Shown: in pieces, positions 19,478-28,728 of the stretch | Layout of the letters: each line of letters begins with the position of its first letter | Position numbering within the stretch: position 1 is the stretch's first letter | Assembly: GCA_964291215.2 (NCBI GenBank) | Contig: OZ219790.1 | Location: forward strand, 544,001-608,000 | DNA: 64,000 nucleotides | Direction: 5' to 3' | Source: Alphaproteobacteria bacterium | Lineage (GTDB): Bacteria; Pseudomonadota; Alphaproteobacteria; MPNO01; UBA830 | Position numbers and translations under genes: made by a program | The notes under the pieces: generated by a model | Seen by the model: the letters and a program-made list of their open reading frames with translations, nothing else | Told to the model about the DNA's origin: nothing | The model's database searches: none

Positions 19478-21006
19478 GATCCGGTCTGCGGCGAAGCCGA
19501 AACCCTGCTGACCATATCCCGGAGTTCGTACTTGAGAACCTTGCCCATCGCGTTCCTCGGCAGGTTCTCGACGAAGACGACATCCCGCGGATGTTTGAAG
19601 CGCGCGAGCCGGCCGTCGAACAGCTCCAGGATCCGTTGCCTGTCCGGACCCGCACCGGAGGCCGGCACGACGACGGCAACCGGCACCTCGCCCCATCTCT
19701 GGTCGGCGCGACCTACAACGGCCGCCTCAGCGATCTCGGCGCACCCGTCAAGGACGCTCTCAAGTTCGGCCGGATAGATATTCTCAGAGCCCGAGATGAT
19801 GACATCCTTCAGTCGGTCATCAACGTAGAACAGCCCCCTCTCATCGACGTGGCCGATATCGCCGGTGTGGAACCAGCCGTCCTTGAGGACCTGCGCCGTC
19901 GCCTCGGGATCATTCCAGTATCCGGTCATGATGCTGGGCCCTCGCACAACGATTTCGCCCTTTTCTCCGGCCCCGAGCGTGCGACCTTCTGCATCCACGA
20001 TCTTCGCATCGCAATAAAGTGCCGCGCGGCCCGTCGAACCCTTGGTGGTCCATGCATCCGGAATGCGCTGATGAATGGCGATCGGCGCGGTCTCGGTGGT
20101 TCCATAGACCTGAATCACAGGCACTTCGCGATCGAGATAGCTGTCGAGGAGCGACATCGGAACGATGGTGGAACCGGTGTTGATCGCGCGCAGCTGGGAA
20201 AAGTCGAGTGTCGGCCATTGCGGATGCGCCATCAGCGCGCTCATCAGCGCGGGCACCAGGATCATCAGACTCGGCTTTTCCTCGATGATCACCCGCGCCG
20301 TCGCGTCGGGATCGAAGCGCCGGTGCAGGATAACGGTGGCGCCGGAATGCAGCGCCGGGGTGGTCTGGATATTCAGGCCTCCGACATGAAACATCGGCAG
20401 GTTCGTGAACACGGTGTCCCTGCTCGTCATATCGTGCATGGCGACCGAATTGACCGCGTTGAAGGTGATCGCGTTCTGATCGAGGACCGCACCCTTCGGG
20501 CGACCGGTGGTGCCCGAGGTGTAGACGATCAGGAGGGGGTCATCAGCTCCGGCCAGCGGGTCGACGGCGTCCTCCGGAGCTGAGGACGCGAAGGTCTCAA
20601 ATTCTCCACCATCCCCGTCCCGGCCCCCCATCGCCACGAGGCGGCAATCGGGCGGCAAGAAAGTGTCGGCGCCTTCAAGGAACTCCGGTTCGCAGAACAA
20701 GACCCTGGCGCCGCTGTTGTCGAGGATGAAGCGGTGCTCGGGCGGGGCGAGACGCCAGTTGAGCGGCACTAGAATTGCACCAAGCCGGGCACTCGCGAAC
20801 ATCAGCGCCAGCATATCGGGGGAATTGAAGCCGAGGAACGCCGTCCGGTCGCCGCGTCCAACACCCAGACCATGGCGCAACAGCGCCGCGGCCTTGCGTA
20901 TGCGTGCGGCAAGGGCGGCGTAGGAAATATCCGTCCCCTCGAACCGGATTGCTGTCTTCTCTGGCTGAAAACTCTCCCAACGCTCGATCCAGTGCGAAAT
21001 GTTCAT
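19474..21006 (-). CDS. Acyl-CoA synthetase (AMP-forming)
   Basis: YTSGTTGRPKG, YGTTE, WFHTGD, PRNAMGK. Confidence 0.93.
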   Translation of the reverse strand: MNISHWIERWESFQPEKTAIRFEGTDISYAALAARIRKAAALLRHGLGVGRGDRTAFLGFNSPDMLALMFASARLGAILVPLNWRLAPPEHRFILDNSGARVLFCEPEFLEGADTFLPPDCRLVAMGGRDGDGGEFETFASSAPEDAVDPLAGADDPLLIVYTSGTTGRPKGAVLDQNAITFNAVNSVAMHDMTSRDTVFTNLPMFHVGGLNIQTTPALHSGATVILHRRFDPDATARVIIEEKPSLMILVPALMSALMAHPQWPTLDFSQLRAINTGSTIVPMSLLDSYLDREVPVIQVYGTTETAPIAIHQRIPDAWTTKGSTGRAALYCDAKIVDAEGRTLGAGEKGEIVVRGPSIMTGYWNDPEATAQVLKDGWFHTGDIGHVDERGLFYVDDRLKDVIISGSENIYPAELESVLDGCAEIAEAAVVGRADQRWGEVPVAVVVPASGAGPDRQRILELFDGRLARFKHPRDVVFVENLPRNAMGKVLKYELRDMVSRVSASPQTGS

Positions 21007-22274
21007 GCGTAATCGTCCGCTTCGCCGGGCTCGTAGAGCGTCTCGCGGCCCAGACGGTCGAGACAGAGCTCGGCCGTCCACGGAAGCATGAGCGATCCCA
21101 ATCGTGAATCGCGGTAGAGTCTCTCCAGCGGCAGGGACTTCAGCATCGACTGGCCGCCGCAGGTGCGGATTGCAAGCCGGCACATGTCATTGGCGGTTTC
21201 CATGACGGTGTACTGCACGGCATAGGCCCGGAGGCGGTTGGCTTTCGGCGGATCGACCCGAGCCTCGGACAGGGCCTGGTGGAAGATGGCCCAAGCCTGC
21301 TGCAGCTTGATCCACATCTCGGCCACGGTGATCTGCTTGGTCGGATACATCCGGCGCTTGACGGGAATGCCCTCGACCTCGCCGCGAAGATAGGAGACAG
21401 TGAAATCGTAAGCCGCCTGTGCAATGCCCATGTAGGTAGGGCAAAGCGTCAGGAACATGTGCGGCCACCTGCGCGCCGCCTGGTGGTAGGCACCGCGCGG
21501 CATGAGCATCTGCTCGTCCGGGATGAACACGTCCTCCATGACCAGGTTCCGCGACACTGTTGCGCGCATGCCAACGGGGTCCCACGGCCCGACGATGGAA
21601 ACACCCTCCACATCCGCCGGAACCGCCATGAAAAGCGTATCCCGCACAGACTTCTCGGGCTTGTCCTCGGTGCACAGAACGCCGTAATAGGTTGCTGCGC
21701 CCGACAGCGACGCGAATATCTTGCGGCCGTTGAGGAGCCAGCCGCCGTCCACCTTCGCTGCCAGAGTACCAAACGGCGCCTTTCCCGCCGCTGCCGCCGA
21801 TCCCTCGGAGAACGGTTGCGCGAATATCGCGCCATCGTCGACGATGCGCGAGAAATGGAGCGCCCGATTCTCCGCGTGCTGGCGCCGGTCGGCATCCGGC
21901 ATGTCGAGATCGTCCGCAATGTGGCCTGTCCATAACGGGGTGCAGGCATGCATGTTGTAGGTCAACGCCGTCGCTCCGCACCAGCGCCCCATCTCGGCGG
22001 CAAGAAGCCCATACGCCTCGTACTCCATGCCAAGCCCACCGTGATGCTCCGGCACCGTCATTGCGAGGATGCCGGCCTCGCGCATGTCGTCATAGTTTTC
22101 GAACGGAAATGACGCCTCCTCGTCGTAGCGGGCCGCACGCGAGGCGAACTTGTCCTTGCCGAGCGCACGGATTACACCCTCGATCGCGTCCCGGTTGCCG
22201 GCGAGGCGGCTCCATTCCGCCCTGGACGCCGTCCGCCTTCCATCGTCGGATCCGGCCTGCTTGCTGCTTTCCAT
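21003..22274 (-). CDS. Acyl-CoA dehydrogenase family flavoprotein
   Basis: LNGRKIFAS, WDPVGMRAT, CGGQSML...LERLYRD; start 22274 or 22280. Confidence 0.88.
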   Translation of the reverse strand: MESSKQAGSDDGRRTASRAEWSRLAGNRDAIEGVIRALGKDKFASRAARYDEEASFPFENYDDMREAGILAMTVPEHHGGLGMEYEAYGLLAAEMGRWCGATALTYNMHACTPLWTGHIADDLDMPDADRRQHAENRALHFSRIVDDGAIFAQPFSEGSAAAAGKAPFGTLAAKVDGGWLLNGRKIFASLSGAATYYGVLCTEDKPEKSVRDTLFMAVPADVEGVSIVGPWDPVGMRATVSRNLVMEDVFIPDEQMLMPRGAYHQAARRWPHMFLTLCPTYMGIAQAAYDFTVSYLRGEVEGIPVKRRMYPTKQITVAEMWIKLQQAWAIFHQALSEARVDPPKANRLRAYAVQYTVMETANDMCRLAIRTCGGQSMLKSLPLERLYRDSRLGSLMLPWTAELCLDRLGRETLYEPGEADDYA

Positions 22275-22289
22275 GTCCACCTCCTGCTG

Positions 22290-23066
22290 TCAGGACCGCA
22301 CGGCTGCGAGAAAATCCTCCAGAGCGGCGTTAAAGGCCGGCGGGTCCTCAAGATTCGCGAGATGGCCGAGACCGGGCAGGCAGACATACCTGCACCCAGC
22401 GATGCGTGACGCCATTCTCTCCATCATCGCCGGCGGCGCGTTGCGATCGTGTTCCCCCGCGATCGCCAGAGCGGGGACCGCAATACGGGACAGATTGTCC
22501 CTGCGGTCGAAAGTCACGATACAGGCAATCGCCGCGCGATAGGTCGCCTCGGGCACCCCCGCCATGCACCGCCACGCGATATTCCGTCCATCCGGATCGG
22601 ACGATGCGCCCATCATCTCGTTCACCAACTCGTCCGCGAGGTCAGCCATCGTCGCGCCCTTGTCCAGTGGCTCGAGCCGATCCGTGACGAACTGTTTCTG
22701 AAAGGCGCCGTCAGCACGGCCAAAGGCAGAGCTGGTGGCCGACAGGACGAGCGAGGAAAGGCGGTCTTGATGGGTTGCGGCAAATTCCTGGGCAACCATC
22801 CCGCCCATCGAATGGCCGACGAGATGGACCCTTTCCCATCCCCGTGCGTCAAGAAGCATGGCCAGGGCATCAGACAGTGCGGCAAAGGACATGTCGCCCT
22901 CGAGCCTGCTTGCGCCGTAACCAGGCATGTCCCATGCCGCGGCGCAGCCGTCCCGCGAGAAGTGTTCGAGCTGCGGGCACCAGCTTGCAGAATCACCGCC
23001 GACACCATGAAGAAACAGCACGACATCCCCCTCCCCGCGCACGCTGCAATCGGGAACCACGGTCAT
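22290..23066 (-). CDS. Alpha/beta hydrolase
   Basis: LHGVGG, GHSMGG nucleophile elbow, GEHD, GHLANLE. Confidence 0.92.
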   Translation of the reverse strand: MTVVPDCSVRGEGDVVLFLHGVGGDSASWCPQLEHFSRDGCAAAWDMPGYGASRLEGDMSFAALSDALAMLLDARGWERVHLVGHSMGGMVAQEFAATHQDRLSSLVLSATSSAFGRADGAFQKQFVTDRLEPLDKGATMADLADELVNEMMGASSDPDGRNIAWRCMAGVPEATYRAAIACIVTFDRRDNLSRIAVPALAIAGEHDRNAPPAMMERMASRIAGCRYVCLPGLGHLANLEDPPAFNAALEDFLAAVRS

Positions 23067-24109
23067 GCAAGCTCTCCGCAAAGTTCGCCGGCCTCGACCA
23101 CGGCCTCGTTATCGAGACGGATCGTGCAGTTGCGGAGTGGCAGGTCGAAATGTCCCTGCGTGTAGCGCCCGGCGGTTTCGTTGGCTCCGGTCGAATAGAG
23201 GAAATTGCCGGCAAACGCGCGCAGCTCCGTGCCGTTGACGTCGCGCTTGTCGTACATGGCCAGCGCTTCCCAGCGGGCGGCCGGATTCATTCCCCAGCCG
23301 ACATGGGACACGGCATACGCCTCCCTGTCGCCCCATGCGGCGATGTAGTTCCTGAACAGATCCGCATCGAGTCCTTCGCCACCGATCGCAGCAACGTAGT
23401 CGTTCTCGACTGTCAGCGTTACCGGGCTCTCCAGGTAGCGCTTGAAGGTGAGGTTGACATCCCCTGCATCAAGAACCAGCGTGCCGTTGACCGTGCCGGG
23501 CTTCGGAAAACAGAGCACCAGCCCGCCCGGCCAGTGCGCCACCTGCCCCGGTTTTGCGCAGTAGCCCCAGACCCCGGCGCCTCGGGTATCGCGGATATCG
23601 ATTTCGAGATCCGTGCCGGCTTCCGACCGCACCGTCATGCGCGCCGCCGTGGAGAGGCGGCGGATGCCGGTCTTCACCTTCGGCTCCAGCGCCGGGTCCG
23701 GGACCAGCCTTTCCAACACATCTGGATGTTCGTTCGAGATCATCATCAGCCGTGCGCCGCCATCTAGAATCTCACGCAGTTCCGGGGCATGGAGCATGCC
23801 CTCGACCGTGCAGTCGATCACGATCGTCGATTCGCGAAGGGCTGCCACCACGGGTGCCAGCCCGTCGACGGCCGCCGACGCGCCGGTCGACCGCACCGGA
23901 ACCGGCGCGTCCTGTGCCGGCGACACGAGGCGCACGTGGAACGGGCGTACCCCGAGCCTCTGGAGGGCCAGTTCCGCAAGATGCACGTTGAGGCGGCGCG
24001 ACTGGGTTTCTGAAAGGATGGCGGCGCTGTCGCCGGAAACCAGCCCGCATGACCGGAAGACGGCACAGAAAGCCTCGATCCACTTGCCTTCGATACGATC
24101 CGTGAACAT
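23063..24109 (-). CDS. Peptidase M29-fold protein, 2,5-dihydroxypyridine 5,6-dioxygenase (NicX)-like
   Basis: GMLHAPE, HWPGGL, SHVGWGMN, FLYSTGAN, GHFD metal-ligand region. Confidence 0.7.
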   Translation of the reverse strand: MFTDRIEGKWIEAFCAVFRSCGLVSGDSAAILSETQSRRLNVHLAELALQRLGVRPFHVRLVSPAQDAPVPVRSTGASAAVDGLAPVVAALRESTIVIDCTVEGMLHAPELREILDGGARLMMISNEHPDVLERLVPDPALEPKVKTGIRRLSTAARMTVRSEAGTDLEIDIRDTRGAGVWGYCAKPGQVAHWPGGLVLCFPKPGTVNGTLVLDAGDVNLTFKRYLESPVTLTVENDYVAAIGGEGLDADLFRNYIAAWGDREAYAVSHVGWGMNPAARWEALAMYDKRDVNGTELRAFAGNFLYSTGANETAGRYTQGHFDLPLRNCTIRLDNEAVVEAGELCGELA

Positions 24110-24378
24110 GATTTCCCCGCGTTCATTAACCCGGGCCGGCAAGGCCGATCCCACGGCACAGGATACTATGATTTCCGGCTCCGCGCATGCCGCGACGCGG
24201 CAGAACCTGCCAGCCCGCCCGGTGCAGTTCGCATGAAGGAGTCCGCAAAAGCTGTTACGCTCCGCGTACACCGGCAAACTCTGCAGTGCCGTGGCGGGTA
24301 TTCTGTCGAGGCCGCCGAGTGCGTCGCCCGATCTCCGCGGCGCATGCGCGGAAAATGCCGGATCGAGTTGGAGACCGC

Positions 24379-25164
24379 ATGGCGATGAACAGAGACGAAG
24401 ACGCACCTGACAGAATTCGACTTTCGGACGTGTCCAAATGGTTCGGTCCCGAGCAGGTTCTCGACGGCGTTGACCTCGCCGTGCCCGAAGGCGAGAACTT
24501 GGTCGTCATCGGCCCGTCGGCCTCGGGAAAGACGGTGCTCCTCAAGACGATCATCGGCCTGTTCAGGCCGGAGGCGGGAAGCGTCGCCATCTCGGGCCGG
24601 GACAGCGTTGGCCTCCACGGACCGGCACGGGAAGCGCTCGGCCGGATCAGCATGCTGTTCCAACGCGCTGCACTGTTCGACAGCATGCGCGTATGGGAGA
24701 ATGTGACATTTGTCCTGCGACGGACGGAGCGGTTGTCGCGAAGCGATGCGATCGACGCCGCGGTCTCGCGCCTGGCCGATGTCGGACTGGACCCGGAGGT
24801 CGCACTCCTGTACCCGGCAGAACTCTCGGGCGGCATGCAGAAGCGCGTCGGAATCGCGAGGGCCTTGGCCAACACGCCCGATATCCTCCTCCTTGACGAG
24901 CCCACGGCCGGCCTCGATCCGGTCACCGGAACCGTTATTACCAACCTTATTCGGGACAATGTCGGCAGGCTCGGTGCTACGGCAATCACGGTCACCAGCA
25001 GCATGGCAAACGCCCGCGCGCTCGCTGACCGTATAACAATGCTGCACGAGGGCCGGGTGGTCTGGACCGGCGATGCGTCCGGGCTCGCCAGCAGCCGCAA
25101 TCCCTACATCAGACAATTCGTCGATCAGAATCCCGAAGGCCCCATCAGGACGGAGGCCGCCTGA
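24379..25164 (+). CDS. MlaF-like ABC transporter ATP-binding protein
   Basis: GPSASGKT, LFQRAALFDSM, ELSGGMQKRV, LLDEPTAGLDP. Confidence 0.88.
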   Translation: MAMNRDEDAPDRIRLSDVSKWFGPEQVLDGVDLAVPEGENLVVIGPSASGKTVLLKTIIGLFRPEAGSVAISGRDSVGLHGPAREALGRISMLFQRAALFDSMRVWENVTFVLRRTERLSRSDAIDAAVSRLADVGLDPEVALLYPAELSGGMQKRVGIARALANTPDILLLDEPTAGLDPVTGTVITNLIRDNVGRLGATAITVTSSMANARALADRITMLHEGRVVWTGDASGLASSRNPYIRQFVDQNPEGPIRTEAA

Positions 25165-25283
25165 GAGGGGTGCTCAGCCGGTCGGATGCCGTTTGTTATT
25201 GCCAGGGCGGCGCGTTAGGCTTGCCCGGCATTGAGCACCGCTGCAGTGGCTGGACGCCTCCGCAACGGACAGAAGGGGCCGTA

Positions 25284-25802
25284 ATGGAAATGCAAATGAT
25301 CTCCAGGGCGCATATGTGGTTGCTGAACGCGCTCAAGTTTCTTGCCGGCCTCGTCGTGCTGATGATCTTCGTGATGATCGTCCTGGATGTCGGCGCCACC
25401 ATGCTCAACATCTCGCCCTGGGAGGGGACGATTGGCTTCGTCGAGTACGGCATGCTGTGGTTCACCATGCTGGCCGCGCCGTGGCTCGCCCGCATCAAGG
25501 GTCATGTCTTCATCGATGCCCTCACCCAGCTTTTCTCCCCGGCGGTGCAGAACTTTGCTGCCCGGTTCGCCTATCTGGTGGCCATCATCGGCTCCTCCGC
25601 CTTCTGCTACTACTCCACCCTTCTCGTCGTTGAGGCATTCGAGGCCGAACAGATCGACGAACGCGGCATCGAGATGCTCAACTGGTGGCTCTATGCGCCA
25701 ATGCCGATCGCCTTCTTCCTCGTTGCTGTCGAGTTCCTGCGCTTCCTCCTTGGTTTTGACAATATGTACGGGAGTCGAACCGATGTGCGCGAGGGAATGT
25801 AG
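25284..25802 (+). CDS. dctQ: TRAP transporter small permease
   Basis: Four hydrophobic segments, GHVFID motif, adjacent to the large permease. Confidence 0.85.
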   Translation: MEMQMISRAHMWLLNALKFLAGLVVLMIFVMIVLDVGATMLNISPWEGTIGFVEYGMLWFTMLAAPWLARIKGHVFIDALTQLFSPAVQNFAARFAYLVAIIGSSAFCYYSTLLVVEAFEAEQIDERGIEMLNWWLYAPMPIAFFLVAVEFLRFLLGFDNMYGSRTDVREGM

Positions 25803-25804
25803 CC

Positions 25805-27112
25805 ATGGAGTGGTATTGGGCCTTCGCCCTCCTTCTCGGCATGGTCATCAGCTTCATGGCGATCGGCGTGCCGGTCGCGTTCTCCTTCATCATGACCAAT
25901 TTTCTCGCCGTCCTGATATTCGCCGGCGCGAACGGCCTGATTCAGGTCGTGGACAATTCGACCCAGCTGATCTCGCGTTTCGTGCTCGGCCCGGTGCCGA
26001 TGTTCATCCTCATGGGATCGTTGTTCTTTCACACCGGCCTCGCGATCAAGGTCTTTGACGGGCTCGACGCGATCTTCGGACGCCTTCCCGGACGCCTCTG
26101 CTACCTCACAGTTGCGGGCGGCTCGATATTCTCGACTCTGACCGGGTCGTCGATGGCAAATACCGCCATGCTGGGTTCGCTCCTGGTCCCGGAAATGGAG
26201 AAGCGCGGCTACAGCAAGAAAATGTCGATGGGACCGATCCTCGGCACCGGCGGCCTCGCGATGATTATTCCGCCCTCGGCGCTTGGCGTCTTGCTCGCCG
26301 CAATCGCCGAAATCGATGTCGGGCGGCTGCTGGTCGCCGGCTTCCTGCCCGGATTCGTGCTCGCAGGCCTCTATGCCGCCATGATCACGCTCCAGCTCAT
26401 CCGCAACCCCGGCTCCGCCCCGGCCTACGATGTCGATCCGATGAGCATGGGCACGAGACTCCGTCTCGTCACGACCAACATACTGCCGATGGGGCTGGTC
26501 ATCTTCATGGTCGTGGGCTTCATCGTGTTCGGCATTGCAACGCCTACCGAGGCCGCCGCCTGCGGCGTGCTGGGAGTGATGATTCTCGCCGTCGCCTTCC
26601 GTGCTCTAGATGTGAAATCCGTCTCGGTTTCCCTGGAGGCGACCGTCCGCGTTGCCGCGATGGTGTTTTTCATCATCATGAACTCCACCGTGTTCAGCCA
26701 GATGCTCTCCTATTCGGGCGCCAGCCGCGGCCTGATCGAATGGGTGACGAGCTACGAACTTCATCGGCTTGCAGTCCTGTTCCTGATGTTCTGCGTACTG
26801 ATCCTGCTCGGCATGTTCATGGACGCAACCTCGATGATGCTGATCACAGTACCGATTTTCTTTCCGCTGGCTGGCGCCCTCGGCTTCGACCTGATCTGGT
26901 ACGGGCTGTTCGTCCTGATCACGATCGAGATGGCGGGAACGACCCCGCCCTTTGGGCTGCTCTTGTATGTCATGCTAGGGGTGGCGCCCAAGGGAACCAG
27001 TCTGATCGAGGTCGCCAAGGCTGCGTTCCCGTTCCTTGTCTGCGACACGATCCTGATCATCATCCTGGTCGTCTGGCCCGACCTCGCACTCTGGCTGCCG
27101 AGCCTCATGTAG
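25805..27112 (+). CDS. dctM: TRAP transporter large permease
   Basis: PMFILMG, IIPPS, TPTEAAA, TPPFG. Confidence 0.93.
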   Translation: MEWYWAFALLLGMVISFMAIGVPVAFSFIMTNFLAVLIFAGANGLIQVVDNSTQLISRFVLGPVPMFILMGSLFFHTGLAIKVFDGLDAIFGRLPGRLCYLTVAGGSIFSTLTGSSMANTAMLGSLLVPEMEKRGYSKKMSMGPILGTGGLAMIIPPSALGVLLAAIAEIDVGRLLVAGFLPGFVLAGLYAAMITLQLIRNPGSAPAYDVDPMSMGTRLRLVTTNILPMGLVIFMVVGFIVFGIATPTEAAACGVLGVMILAVAFRALDVKSVSVSLEATVRVAAMVFFIIMNSTVFSQMLSYSGASRGLIEWVTSYELHRLAVLFLMFCVLILLGMFMDATSMMLITVPIFFPLAGALGFDLIWYGLFVLITIEMAGTTPPFGLLLYVMLGVAPKGTSLIEVAKAAFPFLVCDTILIIILVVWPDLALWLPSLM

Positions 27113-27128
27113 GCCGCGTATCGTCCTG

Positions 27129-27156
27129 AAAAAAGGCGCCGCCCGAAGGCGGCGCC
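27129..27156 (-). terminator. Rho-independent terminator for dctP, possibly bidirectional
   Basis: Minus strand reads GGCGCCGCC-TTCG-GGCGGCGCC-TTTTTT, between convergent dctM and dctP. Confidence 0.85.
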
Positions 27157-27178
27157 CCAATTCCGATCCGGCCGGATA

Positions 27179-28189
27179 TCAGCTGCCAGCCTTGACCATC
27201 TTCGATTTCAGAAGCTTGAAATCGATCGAGTATTTGCGCTTCTCGGCATCTGCCCAGTTGGCGTTGACGATCGTTCTCGTGAAGGCCTTGCCGTACTCGC
27301 CGGGCAGCGTGTAGTCTTGGACGCCTTCCTTGAAGATCTTCTCGTTGTCCGCCATCGCAAGCTTCTTTATTATTCCGCCAGACTCGTTCTCGTAGTGCAG
27401 TCCGGCCGCCATGACCTGCGCCTGCGCCTTCTTCGGCAACTTGTCGAACTTGTCCTTGTTCATCGTGACAAACGTCGTCGAACGGAAGAAGCCCGGACCG
27501 ACGCGGTACTTTATGAATTTCTGCCAGCCGCGGAAGGCGACGCCGCCCTCGGGCCATGCAAGGCCGTCAACCACGCCCCGCTCGAGCGCCGTATAGACCT
27601 CGGCCGGCGCGATTGTCTTGGTCGTCGCCCCCATCGCCCTGAAAAACGGGGTATACAGAGCTGTCGTGCGCATCTTCAAGCCCTTGAGGTCAAGGCCGGT
27701 AACCTTGCTCGGCTTCGGCTTGTCCTTGAGCCAGATGAAGAACTGATTGTAGCCGTAATAGTTGCCCCAGCCGAGAATCACGGCATTGAGCTTCTCCGCC
27801 CACGCCTTGGACATGAGATCGTAACCGCCGTTTTTGCGCCATTCCTGCGGGGACACGTTGGATATGCCGGTGAGCCGCGCTTCCGGAACCACATTGGCAT
27901 AGTAGGTCGTGGGCGACATGACGATATCGATCAGGCCCCGTTTCATTGCCGCGCCTTGCTTGAAGGCAGGAGTTACCTCGGGACCACCGATATATTTCGC
28001 CTTCACCAGACTCTGATCCTTCTTCATCGCTTCCAGGAATGTCTTGAAGAAGGTCTGGCTTTGATCGTGTTTTTCCCCGAGGGCCGTCGAAACCTTCAGT
28101 TCCTCCGCCGCCTGAACTGGCAGCGCCACCACCGTGGCGGCTACGGCTGCAGTGCACACCGCAGCCAGTTTCCGAAGTGTCAGCTTCAT
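27179..28189 (-). CDS. dctP: TRAP substrate-binding protein
   Basis: Signal peptide ending VQA-AEE; DLKGLKMR; EVYTALERGVVDG. Confidence 0.92.
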   Translation of the reverse strand: MKLTLRKLAAVCTAAVAATVVALPVQAAEELKVSTALGEKHDQSQTFFKTFLEAMKKDQSLVKAKYIGGPEVTPAFKQGAAMKRGLIDIVMSPTTYYANVVPEARLTGISNVSPQEWRKNGGYDLMSKAWAEKLNAVILGWGNYYGYNQFFIWLKDKPKPSKVTGLDLKGLKMRTTALYTPFFRAMGATTKTIAPAEVYTALERGVVDGLAWPEGGVAFRGWQKFIKYRVGPGFFRSTTFVTMNKDKFDKLPKKAQAQVMAAGLHYENESGGIIKKLAMADNEKIFKEGVQDYTLPGEYGKAFTRTIVNANWADAEKRKYSIDFKLLKSKMVKAGS

Positions 28190-28411
28190 GATCAATTCTC
28201 CTGATCGAATTCAGTTGATTGTCGCTTGCAAGCCGGCATGGGAAGCTCTGGAGGCCCCCCAAAGTTTCGGACGATCCAAAGGCACCATGTGAATCACGCC
28301 ACCGAATTCGTCCGGAACCGCGTTGCACTGGGCACGTTTCCGTCGTCCCATCGCCAGTATCCGGCTCCTCGCAGATCGAATCCTAGCAGTTCTAATGCTC
28401 CGCGCAACCAT

Positions 28412-28628
28412 AGGCCCCATGGGCCCGCGACGATCCCACGCTAATTCAGAGACGCGAAATCCGAATGCGTTGGGGCTCGGCTCATCACAGATCGCCTCCT
28501 TGATCGCAATTTTCGTGCCAAGAAGGCCCCATCGAGCCTTAGCGGCACGATTGCAGCGCGACGCAAACTGAGAAAATCTCGCCAGTCGTCGCCGGATTAG
28601 TAGCGTGGGATCGCCGTGCCATGGGCCT
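28412..28628. repeat. Imperfect ~30-bp inverted repeats bounding 217 bp (MITE-like relic)
   Basis: AGGCCCCATGGGCCCGCGACGATCCCACGCTA and TAGCGTGGGATCGCCGTGCCATGGGCCT share a perfect 13-bp core. Confidence 0.5.
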
Positions 28629-28728
28629 GCAGGACCTTCCCACGCGGTGGTTGATGTTTGAAAGACCGCTGAACAGGGCACAAATTTCCGCATTCTTGGC
28701 ATGTTTTCCGGCTGCGGCAACCCGTGGA

